A stretch of DNA of 64,000 nucleotides from Mustelus asterias (GCF_964213995.1 NC_135815.1:33046001-33110000); one strand, 5' to 3'; positions 12,930 to 25,309 are shown, numbered from the stretch's first letter. Made by a program: numbers and translations. The notes: generated by a model not told the origin, from the letters alone.

Positions 12930-15900
12930 AGCAGCTAAAATGGCGACGCCACAGCGAATTTAAACTGCGCAACCAGTGTTGGCACAACGCCAGCACGACC
13001 AACTCCCGGAGTGGAGCTATAGAACACACCATTTCCTACTCGAAAATTTAGCCATTTATTGCCTACGTGGTCGGTAGAAAGAAATATTAATTTTAAAGAA
13101 CTTTTTCGGTGAAAACAAGTAAATGGAGATGGGGAGAGAAAGAGACGCTTTGAGGCCTGTAAATTAAAGGGTCAGAAAACTGCAACAACCACGAAGGCCA
13201 ACGAAAAAAAAACGTTTTTAAAGAAAAAAACGAAGGCCGATCAACCAGTTTTGTTGATTTATTTTTTAAAAACTGGGTTGAAACCCAACTAAAAATGTCT
13301 TCAAAATCCCGCCCACAGATGCAGCAGTTAAAACATTTTCCACAAGTAAAAAAAATCGAACCGTGTTATTTTTCACCACCCCCCCCCCCCCCCCCCATCA
13401 ACTTTAGTAGTTGGGCGTCGAATAGAAGGAAAGAAAAGATTTCTCTCTTTGAAGGAAGAACAGCTCCAGCAAGATATTAGATGGAAGGAAAACAGCAAAA
13501 CTGGAAAAGGGACATCGACACCGAGCTGATAACCCAATGGTGGAATTCTGAAATGCGTCTTAAATCGAGGTTGTGTTTGTTTTTTAATGTGGAATCGCAG
13601 TCAAACCAGTAAAAGTTTTATTTTATTTTATAAATTTACTTAGTTGGACGGAAAGGAAATAACTAAGATCACGTTGTTTTGCGAAAACAGCAACCGTCTA
13701 TTCCTCTTTATTTTCTAAAGCAAGTTTTTAGGTAGAAAGAAAAACCTCAAAGAATCAAATGGAAATGAGTCAAAAAACGCTAGCAGGAGAGGAAGAGAGA
13801 GAAACTAAAAGTCTGAAAATAAAACCAAAGATCGACCTCCAATCCCGCCCATCGCCATGAACGGGAGGAGCGGAACAAACGGTTTCTTAAGTTTTTTTTT
13901 CTCTGGCGGCGTCGGGTTTAAGGTTTATTTTATTTTAAGCCGCTGAGGGGGAAGCATCTGCTTGGGATAACGCTGGTGATCGGCGGTTTTTAAACGGAGA
14001 AAAACCTGAAGCGCCGGGAGTGAGTGCTGAACTTGACTTCATCCATCTTTGGTCGGATTTTTCCCCCCACCACACCCGGCCTCTCTCTCTCTCCCTCCGT
14101 CGACGACGAAAACGGGGGGGGGGAAAGAGAGAGAAAGAAAAGGCGGGCAGGGAAAATCTACCGAGAGAATCTAGAACCGCCGCTTTTAAAAAAAATAATA
14201 ACCCCGTGAGGGTCCATTTGCCAAATGGCGCTGGCTCACAGCCGCCCGCGACTTCAGACAAAACCGCTTAGAAAGCAGGGGAAAAAAAGAGGGAGGGATC
14301 TGGGACGATTATTTCTCTCCCTCTCCCTGGGTCTATTTTTTTTTGTTGTGTGTAAGTGTGAGTGAGTGTGTGGGGTAAAAAACACTCGTGGTGATCACGG
14401 GGGCGGAAAGAAAAACTATATTTTCCAACAGTTTTCTCTCTCGGTACACCATCAATGACTCATTTAGTTTGCGGGGTGAGGCTGGAGATGAAAGAGGAGG
14501 AGGAGGAGGGCGGTGGAGTTTGGGTTGAGGAGGAGGGGGAGGGCAAGAGAGACAGAAAGAGAGAAGGGGGGAAAAGGGCAGAAGAGTATATTTTCTAAAG
14601 AAGTAGCCGCTGAATGAGTGTTTTTTCCTTTGGTGGTGATGGGTGATTATTTTTTTTCTCCCATCCGCTTTCTGCTGCTGTTGCTAAAGACGTGGGGGGG
14701 GAGGAGGAGGTGACTTTTTTTTTCGATTCCCCCAAAAATATATATTTTCCCTTGGACCCTATTTTTTTTCCCCTCTCTTCTTCCCCCACCAACCACAACC
14801 CCACCCCTCCCTCCCCGAAGGAGTTGTTTTTTTTCCTTGAAAATTTTATCACAAAATTATAATACACTGAAGGAACTCACCGTCATGAAGCGTGCCTTGT
14901 CAACGGGGTTTCCTCGCCATCAAATCAGGGGCGAGATGACCAAGAGACAAAAAAAAAATCCCAACTCCACACACACTGAAAAGTAAGAGCTGTTCAGGGC
15001 ATTTTCCTGTAAGGAAAAAGTACACTTTTTTTTACCATCTACAATAAACGAACACTTTTTTTAACAATCGCCGTCTTTATATTATTATTTTTTTAAACTT
15101 AAAAAAAACTCGCAACTTTCAATTTTATTTGAACCTGTTTGTTTCATGTGGGGGCTATTTTTTTTGCCTTGAAGGGGAAAATGTTTGAAACTATTTTTTA
15201 AAAATGTCAGGACGGTTCTCCCCCCCCCCCCCCCCCAAAGAGTTTTACCCCCTTTTTAAAAATGAAATTAGAGTGCTTTTGGTTGAGTAACACTTGCCAT
15301 TGTGGAAGGGTTTCTTTTTGTAAAGTAGGTTGCCCCCTCTCCCCCCGGGGAAAGGAACTAGAGAAATTGATTTTTAAATCGATTTTAATGTTTTATCATT
15401 GGGGGTTTAATGGCATAGTGGTGTTGTTTTGGTGGCCCACCCCAGGATCACATGACAACAAACGGTTTATAAAGACAAATATCTGACAGGGTTTGAAGAT
15501 TTAAGTCTCGGCTTTCCTCATATATGATGTAGATATGTTTTATTTTTTTATAAATAAAGAAAATGCTGTCTTCGGAACATTTGTGAGAAGGGTGAGGTGA
15601 AATGGTTTCTAGGGTTGATCCCCCCGCCCCCCCCCAGCCGCAGCGCCTGGGCCGGGGTCCTTGCCCTGAACAAACAGACGCGCGCACTGCGACCACCCCC
15701 CACAGCCCATTGGCGCCACAGGAGAGGCCCCGCCCACAGAATGCGCCAGTCTCATTGGTGGCTGTTCTGACCCCCCCCCGCTCAGCCGGGGGGGCGGGGG
15801 AGGGTGGGGAAGGAGCGGCTGACGTGACCCAGGCCACTGGAGTTTCACAGCTCGGGTGGACTTCTGTGTTATATTCTTGAATGAGACCGACCCTTTCGAA

Positions 15901-16020
15901 AATAGCCCTTTTTATATACATGTATGTGGAAAGGAAATCTGCAACACCGATCCTTCCCTGCTTGTATTAGAGTGATGCAAATTTAGTCTGAACTTCTTCA
16001 TGCGGAGTATCGGAATTGCT
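12930..16020 (-). promoter_or_regulatory. CpG island / promoter of a leftward-transcribed gene (possibly BICRAL by synteny)
   Basis: Transposon-free and CpG-rich in a CpG-poor background; at 15610-15830 GC boxes (CCCCGCCC x2), ATTGG (CCAAT on minus) x2 and CRE-like TGACGTGA; YY1-like AAATGGCG at ~12938 and ~14223. Gene identity is inferred only from the human UBR2-PRPH2-TBCC-BICRAL order. Confidence 0.6.
14881..15006 (-). other. Candidate 126-nt 5'UTR exon
   Basis: Minus strand has acceptor CTTTTTCCTTACAG|GAAAATG and donor ATGACG|GTGAGT; an alternative acceptor TCTTACTTTTCAG lies inside. Confidence 0.5.
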
Positions 16021-16747
16021 GAACTCTACTTTTGTACGACCTAGTACTAGAGGGAAGGTGTATAGAAATTAGTTTTCTGTCATTTATTTTGACATTAGAA
16101 CACTCCCGTTTAATTGTTGTTCAGAAATCAACTTTGCTATTGAAATATAGCAGTCCACGTCTTGATACGCGCTAATATTTGATACGATTCTTTACTTAAA
16201 AATTGTATTGAACTCCACTTTGAATAATTGCTTGGCATAGCCGACATAACGTGAACTGTACAATCATTTTAAGTAGGAGTAACTAATTCAGCGACGCTAT
16301 TTTAGTTTGTTTAATCATCTGGAAAACGCACCAACTTCTGCAACAGTCTGTAACTTTATTTCCTTTTTCTGTGTAAGGACCTATTATATTTTACAGGGGT
16401 TAGATGAATATAGTACTGTGTTGATTCTAAGAACTTTATGAGGCACTTATGTGACAAGCGAAATATCAAATTCCATTATAATTTTTTCCATGCAGTTGAA
16501 TTTAAGTTCAAAATATTGTTCTTTCAATTATACTCGAGTCCACCCCCTCAACTGTTATATTTGTATGCGAATGTTATATTGTCAAATAACCGCTTATTAT
16601 GAACGAAGTCTATTACAAGTATTCTTTGTTGTAAATGTCTGTTGATTGTAAACATAAATGTACTTTTTCCGATGTACGTAAAAAAATTAAATCCATAAAG
16701 GTATTGGATGTTCTGCTATTTCACAACTTGTTCACTTCAGAAAACAT

Positions 16748-17357
16748 GGAAGTCGTGTAGTGAAACAAAACTTGTTTTATTGAAAGAGCAATTCAGATAA
16801 CTATATTTTATGTTTAATGTTTAGAAAAGAGATATAGCAACGATCTTTTCACTAACCAAGGTATTGTAAACATCTGCCCAGTCATCCAATCTATCCTCGC
16901 CCGTACAGAAACTTTGAGAAGAATAACATACTTGTACGATTTTCGAAACACCAACATCCATAGAAAGTACAATGGCCTCAGTGTTTCGATTGCAGTGGTC
17001 TCATAAGAGTTTGATATTTAATCTAAGGATAACTTTGGTAAACTACAATAACTGTTGGAGGGAATGTGCACGCCATTATTAACAATACATGAAAAAGTGC
17101 CATTATTTCCTTTTGCTAGTTATCAAATACCTTTGGGTACATTTGTACTAAACTTAAATTTCAAGTAAAATTTGCACCACTTTAGTTGGGAAGTAATAAT
17201 TATAATTGTGAGGAGTTCGCGTATGGAACAAAACTTGTTTTATTGAAAGTAATTCAGATAACTTATGTTTAGTATTACATTTAGTGTTTAAAAAGAAATA
17301 TGGTAACAATCTTATAATTTTGACTAAGCAAGGTACAGTACACATCTGCCTGGTCAT
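16748..17357. repeat. Diverged ~140-bp direct repeat pair (16748-16885 and ~17212-17357)
   Basis: Both copies contain AACAAAACTTGTTTTATTGAAAG..AATTCAGATAAC..TTTA(G/A)AAAGA(G/A)ATAT..CAAGGTA..CATCTGCC..GTCAT. Confidence 0.75.
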
Positions 17358-17904
17358 GTTTAAAATTTATACCTTTTAACGATTAAGAAATTAAATATTT
17401 GTTACTATGGATATCTCTGTTTTGGTATATTTTATTTCAACCTTTTGTAAGTGGCTGGAAGTTGTCCTAGAATATATGCATCACTTGACATAAATGTTTC
17501 TTCAACTGGCTTCAGTGTTGCAGACTTTTCTTCAGTCTCACTTATTGAAGTACCTGGGCCATGAACTAGAAATTATAATAGGCTTTGTTGATGATTAAGA
17601 CCACAAACCCAACCCCTGTGATCTATAAATGATTTCCTGGCTGATCCAGGATCTCAACTTTCAACAATAACTCTTGTGTCCAAATTTTAACTCCGATTCT
17701 GAAAATGGTATGTCCAAGTCCTTTAATTATTAATTCAAAGACCTTGCATTCCAACTTATTCTTGCAATCATAAACTAAAATTGGACTACTATTTTCAGAG
17801 AATAACTATTTACTTTGGAATTTGGTCTGCTTTTGAACAGTCACCTAATGTTAGCTTCATTATTTCCCAGCACATATACAACTATCTACCAAACAATTTG
17901 GTAT

Positions 17905-18182
17905 TTCTTTCGATACCAATCAAATAAACGAACTCAAATTAACTTAGGGACAAAGTAAAAGGGGCGGCTCCCCAAAAGGAAGGGGGGAACAGCCCGAACC
18001 AAAAACAAAGTCGAAAGGAAACTTAAAACGTCAAACCAAAAGGTGATTATCGGGGTCGATAATACACCCCAGCCCCTGCGGCGCCCAGCGGTCGTGGAAG
18101 GCGTCAACCGCGCCTGTGGACACCGCATGCTCCCTCTCCAGAGACACCTGGCCGCGAATGTAGCCGCGGTAGAGGGGCAGAC
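17905..18182 (-). mobile_element. Tx1-like (L1 clade) 5'-truncated insertion with 12-bp TSD
   Basis: Minus frame LPLYRGYIRGQVSLEREHAVSTGAVDAFHDRWAPQGLGCIIDPDNHLLV*; TSD ACAATTTGGTAT at 17893-17904 and 18183-18194; CpG-rich. Confidence 0.8.
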
Positions 18183-18334
18183 ACAATTTGGTATGCATGC
18201 ATTTGTTAATACTGTGTGACTTATTTGAAAATATATAACGGAGAACATCTTTAGAGTAACTGTGACTCTCTCATTAGAATGGTGTAGCACAATGCGAATC
18301 CTACAACCAGCCAGGTCTTAAAGGTACAGACAAT

Positions 18335-20785
18335 AGAACATAGAACATTACAGCGCAGAACAGGCCCTTCGGCCCACGATGTTGCACCGACCAGTTAAAA
18401 AAAAAAACTGTGACCCTCCAACCTAAACCAATTTCTTTTCGTCCATGAACCTATCTACGGATCTCTTAAACGCCCCCAAACTAGGCGCATTTACAACTGA
18501 TGCTGGCAGGGCATTCCAATCCCTCACCACCCTCTGGGTAAAGAACCTACCCCTGACATCGGTTCTATAACTACCCCCCCCTCAATTTAAAGCCATGCCC
18601 CCTCGTGCTGGATTTCTCCATCAGAGGAAAAAGGCTATCACTATCCACCCTATCTAAACCTCTAATCATCTTATATGTTTCAATAAGATCCCCTCTTAGC
18701 CGCCGCCTTTCCAGCGAAAACAATCCCAAATCCCTCAGCCTCTCCTCATAGGATCTCCCCTCCATACCAGGCAACATCCTGGTAAACCTCCTCTGCACCC
18801 TCTCCAAAGCCTCCACATCCTTCCTGTAATGTGGGGACCAGAACTGCACACAGTACTCCAAGTGCGGCCGCACCAGAGTTGTGTACAGTTGCAACATAAC
18901 GCTACGACTCCTAAATTCAATCCCCCTACCAATAAACGCCAAGACACCATATGCCTTCTTAACAACCTTATCTACTTGATTCCCAACTTTCAGGGATCTA
19001 TGCACACATACACCTAGATCCCTCTGCTCCTCCACACTATTCAAAGTCCTCCCGTTAGCCCTATACTCAACACATCTGTTATTCCTACCAAAGTGAATTA
19101 CCTCACACTTCTCCGCATTAAACTCCATCCGCCACCTCTCGGCCCAACTTTGCAACCTGTCTAAGTCTTCCTGCAAACTACGACACCCTTCCTCACTGTC
19201 TACCACACCACCGACTTTGGTGTCATCAGCAAATTTGCTAATCCACCCAACTATACCCTCATCCAGATCATTAATAAATATTACAAACAGCAGTGGCCCC
19301 AAAACAGATCCCTGAGGTACACCACTTGTAACCGCACTCCATGATGAATATTTACTATCAACCACCACCCTCTGTTTCCTATCCGCTAGCCAATTCCTGA
19401 TCCAATTTCCTAGATCACCCCCAATCCCATACATCTGCATTTTCTGCAGAAGCCTACCATGGTGAACCTTATCAAACGCCTTACTAAAATCCATATATAC
19501 CACGTCCACTGCCTTGCCCCCATCCACCTCCTTGGTCACTTTCTCAAAAAACTCAATAAGGTTAGTAAGGCACGACCTACCTGCCACAAAACCATGCTGA
19601 CTATCACCTATCAATTCATTACTCTCCAAATAACTATAAATCCTATCCCTTATAATTTTTTCCAACATCTTGCCGACAACAGAAGTGAGACTCACCGGTC
19701 TATAATTCCCGGGGAAGTCTCTGTTCCCCTTCTTAAACAATGGGACAACATTCGCTAACCTCCAATCTTCTGGTACTATACCAGAGGCCAACGACGACCT
19801 GAAGATCAGAGCCAGAGGCTCTGCAATCACTTCTCTTGCCTCCCAGAGAATCCTTGGATAAATCCCATCCGGACCAGGGGATTTATCTATTTTCAGACCC
19901 TCCAGAATATCCTGCACATCCTCCTTATCAACTGTAATACTGTCTATTCTACTCCCCTGCAACCCAGTGTCCTCCTCAGCTATATTCATGTCCCCTTGCG
20001 TGAACACCGAAGAGAAATATTGGTTCAATGCTTCACCAATCTCCTCCGGTTCCACACATAACTTCCCTCTGCCATCTATAACTGGCCCTAAACTTGCCCT
20101 AACCAACCTTCTGTTCTTGACATACCTATAGAACGCCTTAGGATTCTCTTTAACCCTATCCGCCAAAGTCTTCTCATGTCCCCTTTTAGCCCTTCTAAGC
20201 TCGCTCTTCAACTCCCTCTTAGCCAATCTAAAGCTTTCTAGTGCACTACCCGAGTGCTCACGTCTCATCCGAACATAAGCCTCCTTTTTCTTTTTAACCA
20301 ACAAAGAAACTTTTTTGGTGCACCACGGTTCCCTAGCCCTACCAATTCCTCCTTGCCTGACAGGGACATACCTATCACAGACTCGCAGTAGCTGCTCCTT
20401 GAAAAAACTCCACGTGTCGGACGTTCCCAGTCCCTGTAATCTCCTAGTCCAACCTATGTTTCCTAATTCTCTCCTAATAGCCTCATAATTACCCTTCCCC
20501 CAGCTAAAACCACTGGCCCGAGGTTCATGCCTATCCCTTTCCATCACTAAGGTGAACGTAACCGAATTGTGGTCACTATCACCAAAATGCACACCAACTT
20601 CCAAGTCTAGCACCTGGTCTGGCTCATTTCCCAGCACCAGATCCAATATAGCCTCACCTCTAGTTGGCCTGTCTACATACTGAGTCAAAAAACCTTCCTG
20701 CACGCTTTGAACAAAAACTGACCCCTCTAACGAGCTAGAGCTATAACAATTCCAGTCAATATTAGTCAAGTTAAAATCCCCCATA
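18335..20785 (-). mobile_element. Young 5'-truncated CR1 LINE: ORF2 endonuclease end + reverse transcriptase
   Basis: 747-aa open frame with VMGDFN, ILDLVL, GDSDHN, KSPGPDG, NYRPVSLTS, YMDFSKAFD, GVPQGSVLGP, KFADDTK; (TTCTATG)n tail; ACAAT duplicated at 18330-18334 and 20786-20790. Confidence 0.97.
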
Positions 20786-20906
20786 ACAATGTGGGTGAAG
20801 GAAACATTAAACACAGGTTAGGATACAAATGATAGGATTCGCATTCTAATCAGTATTCTGCAACTTGATTTTGTCTGTTTGCACTGTTTGAGAGCACATT
20901 TCCACT

Positions 20907-20943
20907 CCATCTGACGAAGGAGCAGTGCTCTGAAAGCTTATGG
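20907..20943 (+). ncRNA. Minimal type-I hammerhead ribozyme motif in Penelope pseudo-LTR
   Basis: CCAT-CTGACGA-A-GGAGC-AGT-GCTCT-GAAA-GC-TT-ATGG: stem I CCAT/ATGG, intact core, stem II, palindromic AGCT in place of stem III. Confidence 0.7.
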
Positions 20944-22042
20944 TATTTGCTACCAAATAAACCTGTTGGACTTTAACCTGGTGTTGTGAGACTTCTTACC
21001 ATGTTCACCCCAGTCCAACACCGGCATCTCCACATCATTGAAAATCAAACCCAGTGACTAGCAGTTAGATTATCTTGAGAAAATGGATAATCACATAGCA
21101 CTTGGTCACTGTTTATCTTGGTGAGGGTTTTCAAGTATACAGTACTAACATGGGTTTCATTAGAAGCATGCAGTACTTCATCTTGATAACCTGATAATTA
21201 TTTGGAATACTTCATATCAAGTAGCCTTCTTCCAGATTATTTCATCCTTTTTCCTGAGTTCATTCTGATCTGTCAAGTTTTGCAATATGAAATGCAAGTC
21301 TTGTGATAACTATTTCTTTAGGTGTACATTCACAGATTTGTTCTTGATGTTCATGGAAGATTTCATAAACTAAGTAATGTTTAACTGCCTTCATGTGTCA
21401 AAAGGATAGTAACTATGATACTGTTCTCAGATTTTCTCCCCTTCAGGTATAAACCATCAGCATTTTACTTGCTAGATTCATAAATGATATCACAATAATA
21501 AACTGACTACACCCCTCTTTGCAGTGTAGAACAGCTACGACTCGAATCCCTCTTTTTGGCTCCAGTATGTGTGTGGCCTACAGTTAGTGGCTTTCTGCCC
21601 TACAGATCTTGGTAAAATCTACATAGACCAGTTCTGATAACTGATGCTGTCTTTCCTATCTCTTTTCGTAGATGTCAATGACTAATATGCGTATCCTACT
21701 AGTCTTTCTGCTACCCCTTTAAAAAAACATATATTAGACATCTAACAGCAGAATGACCATTTTGGTAGAAACATTGATAGTTATAACTACAGAAACACTG
21801 CCCTTACACAAAGTAGTTTCATTCCAAAGTACACCTTTAAAGGTAACAAATTCAAAATGAACTTTCACCTCAATTAGTAGTTTAAAAAAAAGACATCTCT
21901 TATTTCCACAAGATGCGTCCAAGATGACACTGACTTTATTGCAACATAATAGACATCTATGGATCTGAACCAAGCCTCAGAAGAAAGGTCATTTGAAAGA
22001 AAACATAAGTCTAGAAATCTAACAGCTGAAGAACAATTTGAA

Positions 22043-22348
22043 GGGCGGCACAGTGATTAGCACTACCTCACAGCGCTGGGGACTCAGGTTCAATTCCCGG
22101 CTTGGGTCACTGTGTGGAGTTTGCACCTTCTCCCGTGTCTGCGTGGGTTTCCTCCGGGTGCTCCGGTTTCCTCCCGCAGTCCAAAGATGTGCGGGTTAGG
22201 TGGATTGGCCACGCTAAATTGCCCCTTCATGTCAGAGGGATTAGCTAGGGTAAATGCATGGGGTTGATGGGATAGGGCCTGGGTGGGATTGTGGTCGGTG
22301 CAGACTCGATGGGCCAAAAGGCCTCCTTCTGCACTGTAGGATGCTATA
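22043..22348 (+). mobile_element. HE1-type V-SINE
   Basis: tRNA head, V-domain, tail GCCTCCTTCTGCACTGTAGG. Confidence 0.9.
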
Positions 22349-23009
22349 TATACAGAATTGTGCATTTATCTGTACCCACCCTCCTGGTCATCCAGATAAC
22401 ATCCCTGTATGCACTAATCATTGTAAAACAGGGTTTTGGAATTTATGAGGAGGTGATTTTAATTTTTTTTTTACAGTTGACTTAAAGTTGCTTAATTTGT
22501 GTTTTTTAAAAATTATATGCTTGAACCAAACTTCTACTCCAAATTCATTGATGTGCTTTCAAATGAATGGATAATAATTTTTTATGAAAAACAATTTCAA
22601 ATTATCAGGAGTAAACTACTGGTGCCATCCTTGCTGATGAGCCTTAAGGCACAACTTATGGAGTCCCTGTCTTATGTGGCTCTTCAGGCTTGGGTACCAG
22701 ATACTGAATGATATCAAAACCATGATATAATTACTTTAGAATCTTAACTTACTCTGAGTATACTACCTCTTTGATTATTCTATATATTTTCTCAGTTTAT
22801 CAAAATTTTTGATTCATAAAGCATATATGAAACAGATTTTGAATTAAAGAATTTTAGTGCCTGATCCTTCATTATTAATTTAACCTCTGACACACAGTCT
22901 GTATTATCAAGAAAAGCATACTTACATAATAGCTCTGTAATCATAGGGCAGGATAAGTCAGTGGACTCATCTTGTTTTCAGGTACTAAATTGCCATTCAA
23001 TATATGCTA

Positions 23010-24138
23010 TTCATCTATATGCAGATCCACAAGAGATGAGTGAGATCCTAAATGAATATTTCTCATCAGTATTTACTGTTGAGAAAGGCATGGATGTTGG
23101 GGAACTTGGGGAAATAAATAGTGATGTCTTGAGGAGTGTACATATTACAGAGAAAGAGGTGCTGGAAGTTTTAAAGTGTATCAAAGTAGATAAATCTCCG
23201 GGACCTGGTGAAGTGTATCCCAGGATGCTGTGGGAGGCGAGGGAGGAAATTGTGGCTCCCCTAACAGAGATATTTGAATCATCGAAAGCTACAGGTGAGG
23301 TGCCTAAAGATCGGAAGGTGGCAAATGTTGTGCCTTTGTTTAAGAAGGGCTGCAGGGAAAAGCCTGGGAACTATAGGCCGGTGAGCCTGACATCTGTAGT
23401 GGGTACGTTGTTAGAGGCTATTCTGAGAGACCGGATCTACAGGCATTGAGAGAGGCACGGACTGATTTGGGACAGTCAGCATAGCTTTGTGAGTGGAAAA
23501 TCATGTCTCACGAATTTGAGTTTTTTGAAGGGGTAACCAAGAAGGTAGATCAGGGCAGTGCAGTCGACATTGTCTACATGGACATGAACCCAAGATCCCG
23601 GTTGAAGTCATCCTCATGAGTGCGGAACTTGGCTATCATGTCACGCTACTTGTAACCCCCATCATACTGCCTGGGTTTGCAAAATCCTACAAACTGTCCT
23701 GGCTTGAGACAATTCACACCTCTTTAACCAGTGATTATCCCTCTCTCCATGCACACTGTTTGTACCTGTAAAGACTCGCATTCCAACCATTCTTCACATT
23801 CCAATCTGTAATTATCTTGCAATTGTGTCTTTGCCGATATATGCCATGTTTGTGAACTAACCTGCACTGATCTGATGAAGGAGCAGCCCTCCAAAAGCTC
23901 GTGATTCCAAATAAACCTGTTGAACTTTAACCTGGTGTTGTGAAACTTCTTACTGTTTTCACTAGAAAGATGGAGGCTGAGGGGAGATGTGATAGAGGTC
24001 TACAAAATTATGAGAGGCATAGTCAGGATGGATAGTCTGAGGCTTTTTCCAAGGGTGGAAGTGTCAATTACAAGGGGGCACAGGTTCAAGGAGGGCCGAA
24101 GGGCCTGTTCCTGTGCTGTACTTTTCTTTGTTCTTTGA
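23010..24138 (+). mobile_element. CR1 fragment, internally deleted and interrupted by a Penelope-like element
   Basis: EILNEYFSSVFT..KVDKSPGPG..NYRPVSLTSVVG up to VYMD (~23583); resumes at LFSLER (~23953) through the GGGCCGAAGGGCCTGTTCCTGTGCTGTA tail. Confidence 0.85.
23581..23956 (+). mobile_element. Penelope-like 3' end with inverted 5' piece and a mutated hammerhead
   Basis: Minus 23581-23638 encodes IAKFRTHEDDFNRDLGFM; plus strand continues MSRYL*; pseudo-LTR has CTGATGAAGGAGCAGCCCTCCAAAAGCTC (GAAA changed to AAAA) and the AATAAACCTGTTGAACTTTAACCTGGTGTTG tail. Confidence 0.8.
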
Positions 24139-24739
24139 ATGCTGGGCTCATTAAACTAATGAAATTGGGGGCACTGGAAGTAGAACCCCTTTGAGGAAAA
24201 GGTGTTGGGGAGCATTTGATTCAATCATTCTTAAGCCCACCAAGAAAGAAAACGTGGCACACACGGGAAGCAGACCGAAGAACATATCTCTATCTCCATT
24301 AAGATAAGTGTCTCAGTAAATATTATTGGCTGCAAGGGAACTTGGATCCATGACTTGACTGAATTGACAAAAGTTTTTAATACTAAGTAGTTTTGGAGAG
24401 CTGATTTTTTGATGCAGCTGTATTCTGTCACTTTGGCTTTCCATCCAGACCTGACTACCCAGAGTGTTGGGAAAATATGAGAATGTTGCTGGGATTTCAA
24501 TGAGGCTGGCACACCAGGGGAACAACAGCAAGAGAAAGCATAGCAGCACAAACCTGCAGATTCTCAAAGAAAATGGGTGATGGAAGTATCTCATATGTAT
24601 TTACCTCAGCCATCACTCCACTGTAGCTTACCTGGGTATTCTGTCGCTCAGATATCAGTTACATTTTCAAATGTCATTGTAGTCTCTGTAATGCACCACA
24701 CCTCTGTCCCAACACATCTAACTTCTTCTAACTCTGGCA

Positions 24740-25130
24740 TAAACCATTCACTCATCAACCCTGTGCTTGCTGACTTATCTTGGCTCCTGGTCATGCAATA
24801 CCTTGACTTTAAATGGCTGATCCTCCTTTTCAAGTCCCTCGATATCTCTGTAAACTTCACCAGCCCCACAACTCTCCAAAGTATTAGCATTTATCAAATT
24901 CTGGCTTCTTGCATGTCCCCAATTTTAATGACTCCATCATAGATGACAGTGTCTTTATTGTCTAGAGTTTAAGCTCTGGAATTCCTACCTCTCTTTCCTC
25001 CTTTAAGACACTACTTAAAACCTGCCTCTTTGAGTAAGCTTTTGGCCATCTGCCACAGATAATATTTTGTTTGTCTAATTTTGCTTTGTAAGCTGTTTGA
25101 AGCCCCTTGGGATGTTTTATTACATTAAAG
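24740..25130 (+). mobile_element. L2-like LINE 3' fragment
   Basis: HSLINPVLADLSWLLV..LDFKWLILLFKSL, then CTCTGGAATTCC..TTTAAGACACTACTTAAAACC. Confidence 0.7.
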
Positions 25131-25309
25131 TTAACACAAATTGATGTTGCTGTAGTGCCCACAACTCCTATGTCCAGCAAGCAGGAACTTGCCACCCATG
25201 TTATCCAGCTAGCTGAACACGATGGCTGCAGCACCATGTCTAAGCACCATCTTAGCCATGAATGTAAGTTGCAGATAATGGGATTTTCAACTTCAGCAAA
25301 GCAATCATA

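Larger units (their letters stand above)
18233..21037 (+). mobile_element. Penelope-like pseudo-LTR with inverted 5' part, split by a CR1 insertion
   Basis: TAGGATTCGCATT on + at ~20833 and as AATGCGAATCCTA at ~18291; 3' end AATAAACCTGTTGGACTTTAACCTGGTGTTGTGAGACTTCTTAC..CCCCAGTCCAACACCGGCATCTCCACATCA; possible TSD TTGAAAAT (18225-18232, 21038-21045). Confidence 0.7.

Noticed and set aside
13935-15921. ORFs inside the CpG island
   Set aside because: Low-complexity and homopolymer-driven; no resemblance to a protein I recognise, including the BICRAL N-terminus.
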